A DNA stretch of 64,000 bases. Origin: Treponemataceae bacterium. GTDB lineage: Bacteria; Spirochaetota; Spirochaetia; Treponematales; Rectinemataceae. A program made the position numbers and the translations under genes. Shown here one piece after another: positions 50,005 to 59,070 of this stretch. A model generated the notes under the pieces. The model had not been told where the DNA came from. It saw only the letters and a list, made by a program, of their open reading frames with translations, and ran no database searches. Numbering within the stretch: position 1 is the stretch's first letter; every line of letters starts with the position of its first letter. The stretch spans positions 224,001 to 288,000 of the forward strand of contig CAXXGJ010000018.1 in the NCBI GenBank assembly GCA_963677895.2, read 5' to 3'.

Positions 50005-50568
50005 ATGATTTTCCCCAATTGCTGGGAAGAAGTGGATTCGAAGAAGATCGCCGATTGTCATATATTTACCCTGTCGGAAAGCGATAGGGAAACCTGCGAC
50101 CGTAAGAAGCGGGGCGCTTTCTATCTCTTGAACGCCCCCGATTGGGCGGGCGTCATCCCCGTCGTGGATACGCCCGAGGGACGGAGTTTCGTGATGATCC
50201 GGCAGTATCGCCACGGTACCGGCAGGGTTTCCGTGGAATTTCCCGGAGGAGCGATCGACCCCGGCGAGGACCCGGGCAGGGCGGTGGCAAGGGAACTCCT
50301 GGAGGAGACCGGTTACCGCGCGGAAATGATCCTCCCCCTTGGCGATCTTTCCCCTAATCCGGCCTTCATGACCAATACATTCCATGCCTTCATCGCCGAA
50401 GGCTGTTATCTCGAGCGCGACCAGATCCTGGACGAAAATGAGGAAATCGAAGTCCTCCTCGTTCCCGAGCGCGACGCCATAGACATGATCGGCGCGGAAG
50501 ATTACGGTCATGCGCTGATGACAGCGACGCTTTTCTTCTATATGCGATACAGAGGGTATTCCGAATAG
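50005..50568 (+). CDS. NUDIX hydrolase (ADP-ribose pyrophosphatase-like)
   Basis: RQYRH, Nudix box GAIDPGEDPGRAVARELLEETGY. Confidence 0.93.
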   Translation: MIFPNCWEEVDSKKIADCHIFTLSESDRETCDRKKRGAFYLLNAPDWAGVIPVVDTPEGRSFVMIRQYRHGTGRVSVEFPGGAIDPGEDPGRAVARELLEETGYRAEMILPLGDLSPNPAFMTNTFHAFIAEGCYLERDQILDENEEIEVLLVPERDAIDMIGAEDYGHALMTATLFFYMRYRGYSE

Positions 50569-50590
50569 CTGGGCGCGAACATAAAATACC

Positions 50591-50619
50591 TTGCGGCCTC
50601 CTGAAGGCAATGCTATAAT
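50591..50619 (+). promoter_or_regulatory. Sigma70 promoter of the por cluster
   Basis: TTGCGG (50591-50596), 17 bp, TATAAT (50614-50619) with extended -10 TG. Confidence 0.7.
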
Positions 50620-50717
50620 TTCTGAAATGGGGTTGCGCGGGCCGAAACGGTCCTCTGCCTATGCCTCAATACTCCTGTCTACGGTAGAAACTCAAATCGT
50701 CTCATAAGGGCGGAAAA

Positions 50718-51323
50718 ATGCAGGAAATCAGATTTCACGGAAGAGGCGGGCAGGGTACCGTGCTCGCTTCCATAGCGCTGGCGAAAGCCTTTTTCCAGGC
50801 GGGCTTTTGGGTGCAGACCTTTCCCGTCTTTGGCTCGGAAAGAAGGGGAGCCCCTGTCGAGGCCTATCTCCGTCTCGATTCCTCCAAGATATACGTCCGC
50901 AGCAATGTATACGAACCGGACCATGTCATCGTGCAGGATTTGCGGCTCCTTCAGCTCGTCGACGTGACGAAAGGCCTGAAAAAGGGGGGATGGATCCTCC
51001 TCAATTCACCCGGCCTGCCCGAAGGCCTGGAACGCTTCGAAGGCTTCAGGCTGGCTTGCGTCGATGCTTCGCGGATCGCGCTGGAGCATGGTTTGGGAGC
51101 GAAGACTCAGCCTATCACGAATACATCGATGATGGGCGCCTTTGCTCAGTTGTTCGGCACGCCTCCACTCGAGGCGGTGGCGACGGCGATAGAGCATGAA
51201 ATGCCCGTGAAGATCGCCGAAAACAAGGCCGCGGCCAGTGCCGCCTACAATGAGGTCAAGAAGTTCGGCCTCATCGATGCCGCATTCCTGAAATCGGCGG
51301 CGTCCGGGGGGACGGTCTTATGA
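50718..51323 (+). CDS. porC: 2-oxoacid:ferredoxin oxidoreductase gamma subunit
   Basis: EIRFHGRGGQG and FGSERRGAPV motifs. Confidence 0.93.
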   Translation: MQEIRFHGRGGQGTVLASIALAKAFFQAGFWVQTFPVFGSERRGAPVEAYLRLDSSKIYVRSNVYEPDHVIVQDLRLLQLVDVTKGLKKGGWILLNSPGLPEGLERFEGFRLACVDASRIALEHGLGAKTQPITNTSMMGAFAQLFGTPPLEAVATAIEHEMPVKIAENKAAASAAYNEVKKFGLIDAAFLKSAASGGTVL

Positions 51324-53101
51324 CAAACGAAAGGTTCGATGCCATGCATATATCGCTCTTGATTCCCAAGTCCAGCGCCTACACCACGGCCAACAAGACA
51401 GGCTCATGGAGCTACATGCGCCCGCGCTACCTGGAAAAGACGGCCCCCTGCTCGGCTCGCTGCCCTTGCGGACAGGATATCCCCCGCATCGAAATGCTGG
51501 CGTCGCGCGGGCGCCTGGAGGCGGCGTGGCGAACCATACTCGCCGAAAACCCTCTGCCCGGAACCTGCGGCCGCGTCTGCTTCCATCCCTGCGAAGAAGC
51601 GTGCAACCGCGGGGAATTCGACGCGGCGGTTTCGATCAACGCGTTGGAGCGCTTCCTCGACGACACGGCGCGCGACCAATCGATCCTCGAAGATAATTCG
51701 AAAGCGCCTCCAAAGGGAAAGCGCGTAGCGATCGTCGGCTCGGGGCCGGCCGGTTTGTCCGCCGCTTATTTCCTCGCGCGGCTGGGATACGAATGCGAGA
51801 TCTTCGAAGCCGGCGACGCGCCAGGCGGCGTGCTGCGCGGCGGCATTCCCTCATATAGACTGCCGAACGCGACCCTGGATCGTGAAATACGGAGAATCGA
51901 AGGCTTGGGAGTCACGATCCATTATTCGACGCCGGCAAGCCCCGAATTCATAGAGTCGGCCGGGTCGCGCTTTGAGGCCGTATTCCTGGGCTGCGGCCAT
52001 GGAAAGCCGACGGCTCTCGGCATTCCCGGCGAGGAACTGGCGCTCGATGGCCTGGAATTCCTCAATAAATGCAAGAATGGATCGTTAGGCGCTTCCAACG
52101 GATCAGCCCTCATCATCGGCGGCGGAAACAGCGCCATTGACGTTGCGCGCTCCATTCTGCGCTCAGGGGTCTCCTCAACGATAGTCTACAGAAGGCGGCG
52201 GGACGATATGCCGGCTTTCAGCCACGAAATAGCACGCGCCGTAGAAGAAGGCGTAAAAATCGTGGAGTTGAGCGCTCCCGCCGCGATAGCGCGCAAGGGT
52301 AAAACTCTCGAGCTGACGGTGCGGAAAATGCGCCCGACGGAGATTGGCGCCGATGGCAGGATGCGCGTCGCGCCCATCGAGGGACAAACCGAAATTCTCG
52401 CGGCCGACGCCATATATTCGGCCGTCGGCGCTTCGGCCGTGGAAGCCTGGATGCTTCCGCCCCGCAATCCGGATGTCCTTCATTTGAGCCACAGCGCGGC
52501 TTTATGGAACTCCCCGGCCGGCATTCCCATCATGTATGGCGGCGACCCCGTCAACGAGGAGGAAAGCGTGGCCGACGCCATCGCTTCCGGCAAACAGGCG
52601 GCCATCGCCCTGGACGTTTTTTTCACGAAGGGGCAGGCGTCGGTGGAAACCGAGATTTCCCGCTGCAGGCTGGGAGACGGCACATCCCTTTCCATGGAGA
52701 TTTATCTCGGCGGAGCGAGGAAGAGCCGCGCGAATAAAGTTGTGCGATTTGAAGATCTGAACGACGATTATTTCGCCCCATTGGAAAGGCAGCGCGGGGT
52801 TTCCATTCCTGCCGACCTTTCAGTCCGGTCTTTCGCCGAAATAGAATCCTGCCTGGATGAGGCAGGCGCGGCGAAACAGGCCGAACGCTGCTTCAACTGC
52901 GGCATCTGCAACGACTGCGACAATTGCCGGACCTACTGTCCCGAGGTCGCGGTATTAGCGGCGCGCGCGGCGCGGGGCGAAACCTGGGCGGAAGATGCCG
53001 GCGTGGATCGCGAAGTGGACGCCGACTATTGCAAGGGCTGCGGCGTATGCGTGACGGAATGCCCGCGCTGCGCGATGGTCATCGAGGAGCAGCAATCATG
53101 A
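51320..53101 (+). CDS. GltD/DsrL-like FAD/NAD(P)-binding Fe-S oxidoreductase fused into a PorD-like ferredoxin
   Basis: KTGSW..RP; APC...CP and CGRVCFHPCE..CNR; GSGPAG; GGGNSA; YRR; RCFNCGICNDCDNC...CP; YCKGCGVCVTECP. Confidence 0.88.
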   Translation: MTNERFDAMHISLLIPKSSAYTTANKTGSWSYMRPRYLEKTAPCSARCPCGQDIPRIEMLASRGRLEAAWRTILAENPLPGTCGRVCFHPCEEACNRGEFDAAVSINALERFLDDTARDQSILEDNSKAPPKGKRVAIVGSGPAGLSAAYFLARLGYECEIFEAGDAPGGVLRGGIPSYRLPNATLDREIRRIEGLGVTIHYSTPASPEFIESAGSRFEAVFLGCGHGKPTALGIPGEELALDGLEFLNKCKNGSLGASNGSALIIGGGNSAIDVARSILRSGVSSTIVYRRRRDDMPAFSHEIARAVEEGVKIVELSAPAAIARKGKTLELTVRKMRPTEIGADGRMRVAPIEGQTEILAADAIYSAVGASAVEAWMLPPRNPDVLHLSHSAALWNSPAGIPIMYGGDPVNEEESVADAIASGKQAAIALDVFFTKGQASVETEISRCRLGDGTSLSMEIYLGGARKSRANKVVRFEDLNDDYFAPLERQRGVSIPADLSVRSFAEIESCLDEAGAAKQAERCFNCGICNDCDNCRTYCPEVAVLAARAARGETWAEDAGVDREVDADYCKGCGVCVTECPRCAMVIEEQQS

Positions 53102-54270
53102 GAGAAGTGCTCGAAGGCAGCCAGGCCGTCGCCGAAGCCGCGCGGCTGGCCAGAGTCAAGGTCGTTTCCGCCTATCCCATCACGCCGCAGACGCATATCG
53201 TCGAAGAGCTGGCGAAATTCTGCTCGGACGGAAGCCTCGACGGCAAGTTCATATGCGTGGAAAGCGAACATTCCGCCATGGCTTCGGTGATAGGCGCCCA
53301 GTCGGGCGGCGTCAGGTCTTTTACGGCCAGCTCCTCCCACGGACTCGCCCTCATGCACGAAATGCTGCACTGGGCTTCGGCCGCCCGCCTCCCCATCGTC
53401 ATGGCCGAAGTGAACCGCGCCCTCGGCCCTGGATGGAACCTCTGGGTGGATCAGACGGACAGCCTCGCGCAGCGCGATACGGGCTGGATACAACTCTACT
53501 GCGCCGACGGCCAGGAAGCCTTCGATACGACCATCCTCGCGTACAGGCTGGCCGAAATCGTGAACCTTCCCGTCATGGTGGTGCTCGACGCCTTCTTCCT
53601 TTCGCATACCTACGAACCTGTCGACGTTCCCACCCAGGCGGAAGTGGACAAGTACCTTCCGCCCTATGAGCCGAAATTTCTCATGGACACGAAGGATGCC
53701 TACACCTTGAATACGGTGGCTCCTCCCAACGTATACATGGAAATGCGGCGGAGCATCCAGATGGCCATGGAAGCGGCGCCCGAAGTCTACGAAAAGATAG
53801 AGGACGAGTTTTATGAGCAGTTCGGGCGCCGCTACGGCCTCGCGGAGGAATATCGCTGCGAGGACGCGGACACCGTCCTGGTCATGGCGGGGACAGCCGC
53901 GGGCACGGCGCGCGTCGCCATAGACAGCCTGCGCGAAAAGGGCGAGAAAGTCGGACTCCTGCGCATCAGGATGTTCCGCCCATTCCCCGTCAATGCCTTG
54001 AGAAAAAGCCTGGCAAAGGCGAAAAAAGTCGCTGTCCTGGACCGGAACTGTTCCTTCGGCGCCGGCGGCATCTTTGCCCAGGAACTGAAGGCCGCCCTCT
54101 ACGGCTCCGGCGCCAATCCCCCCAAACTCTACAGCTACATAACGGGATTGGGAGGACGCGATGTCACGGTCGATACCATAGGGACCATGTACGCCATGAC
54201 CCGAGACCGTGAAGAGCCCGCTTCCGAAAGCCTCTGGCTCGGACTGAACGAGGAGATGCTGAAATCATGA
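53098..54270 (+). CDS. porA: 2-oxoacid:ferredoxin oxidoreductase alpha subunit
   Basis: AYPITPQT, ESEHSA, TASSSHGL and NRA motifs; ATGA overlap. Confidence 0.93.
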   Translation: MREVLEGSQAVAEAARLARVKVVSAYPITPQTHIVEELAKFCSDGSLDGKFICVESEHSAMASVIGAQSGGVRSFTASSSHGLALMHEMLHWASAARLPIVMAEVNRALGPGWNLWVDQTDSLAQRDTGWIQLYCADGQEAFDTTILAYRLAEIVNLPVMVVLDAFFLSHTYEPVDVPTQAEVDKYLPPYEPKFLMDTKDAYTLNTVAPPNVYMEMRRSIQMAMEAAPEVYEKIEDEFYEQFGRRYGLAEEYRCEDADTVLVMAGTAAGTARVAIDSLREKGEKVGLLRIRMFRPFPVNALRKSLAKAKKVAVLDRNCSFGAGGIFAQELKAALYGSGANPPKLYSYITGLGGRDVTVDTIGTMYAMTRDREEPASESLWLGLNEEMLKS

Positions 54271-55151
54271 AAAACGACCTTTATTCAGGCATTGAATACA
54301 TGAATTCCGGCCATGTGGGATGTCCTGGCTGCGGCGGCACCATAGCCATGAAGCTGGCCCTGCGCGCCCTGGGCGAAAAGACCGTCCTGGTCATCCCGGC
54401 TTCCTGCTGGGCGATCATGAGCGGCAATTATCCCCAATCCTCCCTGAAAGTGCCGGTCTTCAACACCGGTTTCGCGACGACGGCGGCGGCGGCTTCCGGC
54501 CTCCGCGCCGCCCTCGACCTCCGCGGCGATACGGAAACCACCGTGGTGGGCTGGGCGGGCGACGGCGGCACTTTCGACATCGGCTTCCAGGCGCTGAGCG
54601 CCGCCGCCGAGCGAGGCGAGGATTTCATCTATGTCTGTTACGATAACGAAGCATACATGAATACGGGCGTCCAACGAAGCTCCTCCACGCCCTGGGGCGC
54701 GAGAACCATGACCACGCCCGGAACGAACTGGAAACACACCGAGAAGAAAAATATCGTGGAGATAATGGCCGCGCACCGCATACCCTACGCCGCGACGGCA
54801 AGCATAGCCTATCCAGAGGATCTCGAGCGGAAGATCAACAAAGCGATGTCGATTCGAAGCGGACTGCGCTTCATCCATATCTTTTCCTCATGTCCTACGG
54901 GCTGGGGAATGGCGCCCGAGAATTCAGTCAAAGTGGCGCGCATGGCCGTCCAGTCCAGGGCATTTCCGCTCTACGAGGTTGAGGATGGACTGAAGTACAC
55001 GATCAACGAAGCGGGCGATAAGCCGGTCAAGGATTATCTGCGTTCGCAGAGCCGATTCCGCCATCTCTCGGACGAGGATATCGGCATCATCCAGGAGCGC
55101 CTGGATATCGAATACGGGCGCCTGGTGCGAAAAACCTTGGCCGAGAGCTGA
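54267..55151 (+). CDS. porB: 2-oxoacid:ferredoxin oxidoreductase beta subunit (TPP-binding)
   Basis: CPGCG, GDGG..DIG, YDNEAYMNTG.Q.S and CPTGW motifs. Confidence 0.93.
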   Translation: MKNDLYSGIEYMNSGHVGCPGCGGTIAMKLALRALGEKTVLVIPASCWAIMSGNYPQSSLKVPVFNTGFATTAAAASGLRAALDLRGDTETTVVGWAGDGGTFDIGFQALSAAAERGEDFIYVCYDNEAYMNTGVQRSSSTPWGARTMTTPGTNWKHTEKKNIVEIMAAHRIPYAATASIAYPEDLERKINKAMSIRSGLRFIHIFSSCPTGWGMAPENSVKVARMAVQSRAFPLYEVEDGLKYTINEAGDKPVKDYLRSQSRFRHLSDEDIGIIQERLDIEYGRLVRKTLAES

Positions 55152-55193
55152 CGCGGCCCTTGCGGGGTTGTCGCCCCTGATACTCGGAGAATC

Positions 55194-56078
55194 ATGCGAG
55201 TCATCCCTTATCTGCTCGATGGGCTCTCCCCGCTCGACCATATGTCCATCGAGAATGTACTCCTCGAAACCTGGGGAAGGCCCGAAGGTTTGCTTCTTTT
55301 CTACATAAATGGACCGTCGGTCATCATAGGGCGCAATCAGAATCCCTGGCGCGAGGCCGCTCCCGGTACCGGTCTTCCTCTGTACAGGCGCGCCTCCGGG
55401 GGAGGCGCCGTGTATCACGACGAGGGCAACCTCAACTGGGCGCTGATCGTGCCTCGCCTCATGCATTCCCAGGACGCGGAGCTGGCCATGGTGGCCGCCG
55501 CGCTTTCCGCCCAGGGAGTCGACGCGGTGCCGGGACCGCGCGGCGGCCTCTACTGCGGCCCCACTTCGCCTCACGAGAACAAGAAATTGTCAGGCACGGC
55601 CAGGCGCTTCGGTACCCGGAACGTGCTCCACCACGGGACGCTCCTCGTCCATGCCGACATGGCCAGACTCCACGCGAGCCTCGGCGGAATCCAGACCTTC
55701 AATGATCGATCGCTGCCTTCGGTACCAGCCGCGCCGCTCAACCTGTCTACCCTGGACCCATCGATTCAGATGGAACCCCTCATCGAAGCGCTCTCCAGAC
55801 AAATCGCCGGTGTTCCCCCTCGGCCTCTCCCCGCAGCCTTCGCCGACCCCCTACGCATGGAGAAGGAGACGACGAGACTTGCGTCGGACGAGTGGATTTA
55901 TCATGCCACGGCGCCGTTTTCCGTCCTCCTGGAGGGCGGAGAAAACGCCGCGTCCGCCCGCATCGAAAAAGGCCTCGTAGCGGCGATTTCCGGATCCGGC
56001 GTCGACGGCTCCTATCTTGGCCGGCCTTTTTCATATTCACTCCTCGAGGCAATGATGGAGCTAATTCGCTCGCGGTAA
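55194..56078 (+). CDS. lplA: Lipoate-protein ligase A family (short C-terminal domain)
   Basis: IGRNQNPW.E, RR.SGGGAVYHD.GN.N, KLSG and HHGTLL motifs. Confidence 0.88.
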   Translation: MRVIPYLLDGLSPLDHMSIENVLLETWGRPEGLLLFYINGPSVIIGRNQNPWREAAPGTGLPLYRRASGGGAVYHDEGNLNWALIVPRLMHSQDAELAMVAAALSAQGVDAVPGPRGGLYCGPTSPHENKKLSGTARRFGTRNVLHHGTLLVHADMARLHASLGGIQTFNDRSLPSVPAAPLNLSTLDPSIQMEPLIEALSRQIAGVPPRPLPAAFADPLRMEKETTRLASDEWIYHATAPFSVLLEGGENAASARIEKGLVAAISGSGVDGSYLGRPFSYSLLEAMMELIRSR

Positions 56079-56138
56079 AGAATTCCGCGGCTTTGCCGAT
56101 GGATCTGTCGCTAAAGCCCGCTTGTATCGATTATTTTC

Positions 56139-56167
56139 TTGACATGCAGGCGAGGCTCACCTATAAT
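56139..56167 (+). promoter_or_regulatory. Perfect-consensus sigma70 promoter
   Basis: TTGACA (56139-56144), 17 bp, TATAAT (56162-56167). Confidence 0.85.
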
Positions 56168-56247
56168 TATCCCTCATATCTATATAAAAAGCGCAATTTT
56201 TGCCTCCGCATAGATTTCGCAACCAAGAAATGAGCGAGAAAAGATAA

Positions 56248-57150
56248 TTGAGTACAAAAAGTGTGGGTTTCTATAAACGGCTCATTCTCATCATCGTTGC
56301 CGCGGTTTTAGTACTGCCCATCGTAGCCTGTGTGATTTTGGGCATCCAAAACATTGGGATGAGAAAAAAGATCAAAGCGGCGACGTCTCCCCCCGATGAC
56401 ATCGTGACCGTTGGCGCCACCCAGCTCGAACCCGCTGGAATCGCGCGCGACAAGCCTGTCCTCAGCTATCAAATTCTCTATCCGGATTTCAACACTAATT
56501 TTTACGGCTTCAAGGAAGACCTCGTCGGCGATAAAACCGTTTTTCTCACCTTCGACGACGGTCCCTCCACCGGAACGGACGAGCTGCTCGAAGTGCTCAG
56601 AAAGCATGAAATCAAGGCCACCTTTTTCGTGAACGGAAAATCGAACCGGGTGCTGACCGATAAACTGAAACATATCGCCAACGAAGGGCACGCGATAGGG
56701 ATGCACAGTTATTCGCATCGGTACAACGTCATCTATAAAAACATGGAAAATTTCCTCGACGATTTCTACCGTAATTATCTGTATATCAAAGCAGAGACAG
56801 GTAAAGCGCCGGAAATTCTCAGGTTTCCGGGCGGAAGCATCAATATTTTCAACATCTCCACCTATCAATCCGTCGTAGCCGAGGTTTTAAGACGAGGATT
56901 TATATACTATGATTGGAATGTGAGCGCGGGCGACGCGATAGGGGGAGCCACAACCCAGAGCATCATCGACAACGTGATCAATGGGGTGCGTCTTTGCTGG
57001 GGACCAGCCATTGTGCTTATGCATGACAACGGAAAACCGGCATTGATCAACGCGTTGAGTACAATCATTGAAACGCTGGCGAACGAGGGGTATGAGTTCA
57101 GGATCCTCGATAATTCTATCAAGCCCCCAATGTTCATATATCCGGATTGA
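56248..57150 (+). CDS. Membrane-anchored polysaccharide (peptidoglycan) deacetylase, CE4/NodB family
   Basis: N-terminal TM; TFDDGP, HSYSH, RFPGG, DWN and LMHD motifs; TTG start. Confidence 0.92.
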   Translation: MSTKSVGFYKRLILIIVAAVLVLPIVACVILGIQNIGMRKKIKAATSPPDDIVTVGATQLEPAGIARDKPVLSYQILYPDFNTNFYGFKEDLVGDKTVFLTFDDGPSTGTDELLEVLRKHEIKATFFVNGKSNRVLTDKLKHIANEGHAIGMHSYSHRYNVIYKNMENFLDDFYRNYLYIKAETGKAPEILRFPGGSINIFNISTYQSVVAEVLRRGFIYYDWNVSAGDAIGGATTQSIIDNVINGVRLCWGPAIVLMHDNGKPALINALSTIIETLANEGYEFRILDNSIKPPMFIYPD

Positions 57151-57180
57151 CGAGCGTATCCTTACGCAGGGAGAGAAACG

Positions 57181-57816
57181 ATGAAAATGCAAGGTAATTT
57201 CCTAAAGGCCGTTGACGAGCTGATGAACGGAAAATTCTCGGGGATCAAGACGGACCTTAAGGAAGTCAACAGTCCGGGAGAACCTGAAACCGACCTCGAA
57301 CCTGGTCCGGCCGCGTCCGCGGATTATAAATTTAGCGAAAAGGCTCAACCGGACTTCACAGTGAGCCTCGGGACTTCGGTGCGGCGTATCGACGGCGGAA
57401 GCGTCGAGGCCGTCATCACCGGCGATATGACGGTTAAAGGGAACATCAATTCCACGGCCAATATTTCGATTTCCGGAACGATACTCGGCGATGTAAGCAG
57501 CGAAGGCGACGTCGTCGTGAAGGGCAAGGTAGAAGGAAACATCACCGTCCATTCCCTGTCGGTCGAGGGCGGGAATATCTCGGGGGATATAGTCTCTTCC
57601 GGGGTTGTCACCGTCGCCGACGGCTCATCTATCGACGGCAACATCAAGGCCGAACGGATTGAGGTGAACGGCCGGATAATCGGCAACCTGGACTCCGCCA
57701 CGAAGATAATACTCCACCCAAAATCGGTGATTGAAGGCAATATAACGGCTCTGGAACTTTCCATGACAGAAGGCGCCGAGCTTAAGGGCGCCATGAACGT
57801 CCATAAAAAGTCCTGA
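57181..57816 (+). CDS. Bactofilin (polymer-forming cytoskeletal protein, extended beta-helix)
   Basis: Repeated V/I-x-G-N/D-I hexad pattern across the C-terminal ~135 aa, ending GAELKG. Confidence 0.85.
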   Translation: MKMQGNFLKAVDELMNGKFSGIKTDLKEVNSPGEPETDLEPGPAASADYKFSEKAQPDFTVSLGTSVRRIDGGSVEAVITGDMTVKGNINSTANISISGTILGDVSSEGDVVVKGKVEGNITVHSLSVEGGNISGDIVSSGVVTVADGSSIDGNIKAERIEVNGRIIGNLDSATKIILHPKSVIEGNITALELSMTEGAELKGAMNVHKKS

Positions 57817-57829
57817 AGAGATTTTTCTT

Positions 57830-58618
57830 ATGGAAATAAGCCGCTATGAACGCCCGAAAACCATGGATGAAGCGTATTCCCTGATCGTCGAACAGCGGGG
57901 ATTGCCCGTCGCGGGCGGCGCATGGACCCACCTGACCATGAAGAAGACAGCCCTGGCCGTCGATCTGTCGGGTCTGGAGCTGCGTTACATCCGCGATGCC
58001 GGCGATGCTATGGAAATCGGGGCGATGACGACGGCGCGCGATCTGGAGACTTCTTCGCTGCTCGCGGCCGAGTTTGGGAATATCTTCAGCGAGGCTACCA
58101 GCCATATCGTGGGCGTGCAGCTCCGGAACGTGATTTCGGTCGGAGGCAGCGTGGCGGGAAAATTCGGCTTTTCCGATCTCGTCACGGTTCTGACGGCGAT
58201 GAACGCGTCGCTTCGCTTTTATGGCGGAGCGATGGCGGATATATCCGGATTCCTCGCGGCGTCCAAGGAAGGCCCTTTTCTTCTGGAAAAGATCGTCGTG
58301 AAGAAGGGCGCGAAGGCGGCCTTCCAAAGTCTGCGCGTCACGAAAAATGATTTCGCCGTACTGAATGCCTGCGCCGCTTTTGCCGATGGCGGCTGGCGAA
58401 TCGCCGTGGGGGCGCGGCCCGCGGCCTCCCGGCTCAGTCCCGCGGCGGCTGACGTTCTCGGGCGGGAAGGGACCCCGACCGTGGAGGCCGCGGGCCGCGC
58501 CGGCGATGCCGCGGCGGCGGAGCTCTCCTTTGGCGACGATACGCGGGGCAGCGCCGAATACAGGCGCGCCGTCTGCGCCGTTCTCGTGAAACGGGCCGTC
58601 ATGGAGGCCTCCCGATGA
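57830..58618 (+). CDS. Xanthine dehydrogenase family FAD-binding subunit
   Basis: Y.RP.T..EA, AGG, IGAM.T, QLRN..SVGG and DD.RGSAEYR motifs. Confidence 0.9.
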   Translation: MEISRYERPKTMDEAYSLIVEQRGLPVAGGAWTHLTMKKTALAVDLSGLELRYIRDAGDAMEIGAMTTARDLETSSLLAAEFGNIFSEATSHIVGVQLRNVISVGGSVAGKFGFSDLVTVLTAMNASLRFYGGAMADISGFLAASKEGPFLLEKIVVKKGAKAAFQSLRVTKNDFAVLNACAAFADGGWRIAVGARPAASRLSPAAADVLGREGTPTVEAAGRAGDAAAAELSFGDDTRGSAEYRRAVCAVLVKRAVMEASR

Positions 58619-59070
58619 TCATCAACCTGAAGGTGAACGGCAAATCCATCGGCGTGGAATGCAATCCCGGCGATCCCCTGGTCGATGTCCTGCGCGCCGC
58701 CGGCTACACCGAAGTCAAGAAAGGCTGCGGTACGGGCAACTGCGGCCTTTGCACGGTTCTCCTCGACGGAGTGCCCGTACCCTCCTGTTCCGTCTTCGCG
58801 GGCCGCGCGGCCGACCGCGCCATAACGACGATTCGCGGCGTGGAAAGGGAAGCGGCTGAACTCGCGAAGTTCATCACCGCCGAAGGCGCGGAACAATGCG
58901 GTTTCTGTTCTCCAGGCTTCGCCCTCATGGTGCTGGCCATGAAAAAAGAATTGTCTTCCCCCACCGATGCCGAGATAAGGCATTATCTGGCGGGCAACCT
59001 CTGCCGCTGCTCCGGCTACGAAGGGCATCTCCGCGCCGTAAGGAAATACCTGGAGGCCGGCCGTGAGTAG
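58615..59070 (+). CDS. Xanthine dehydrogenase family 2Fe-2S subunit
   Basis: KKGC..G.CG.CTV, QCGFCSPG and GNLCRCSGY motifs. Confidence 0.94.
   Translation: MIINLKVNGKSIGVECNPGDPLVDVLRAAGYTEVKKGCGTGNCGLCTVLLDGVPVPSCSVFAGRAADRAITTIRGVEREAAELAKFITAEGAEQCGFCSPGFALMVLAMKKELSSPTDAEIRHYLAGNLCRCSGYEGHLRAVRKYLEAGRE

Noticed and set aside
51320..53101. Glutamate synthase small subunit or Dsr sulfur-metabolism gene
   Set aside because: No gltB or dsr genes nearby; position and terminal motifs tie it to the por cluster.
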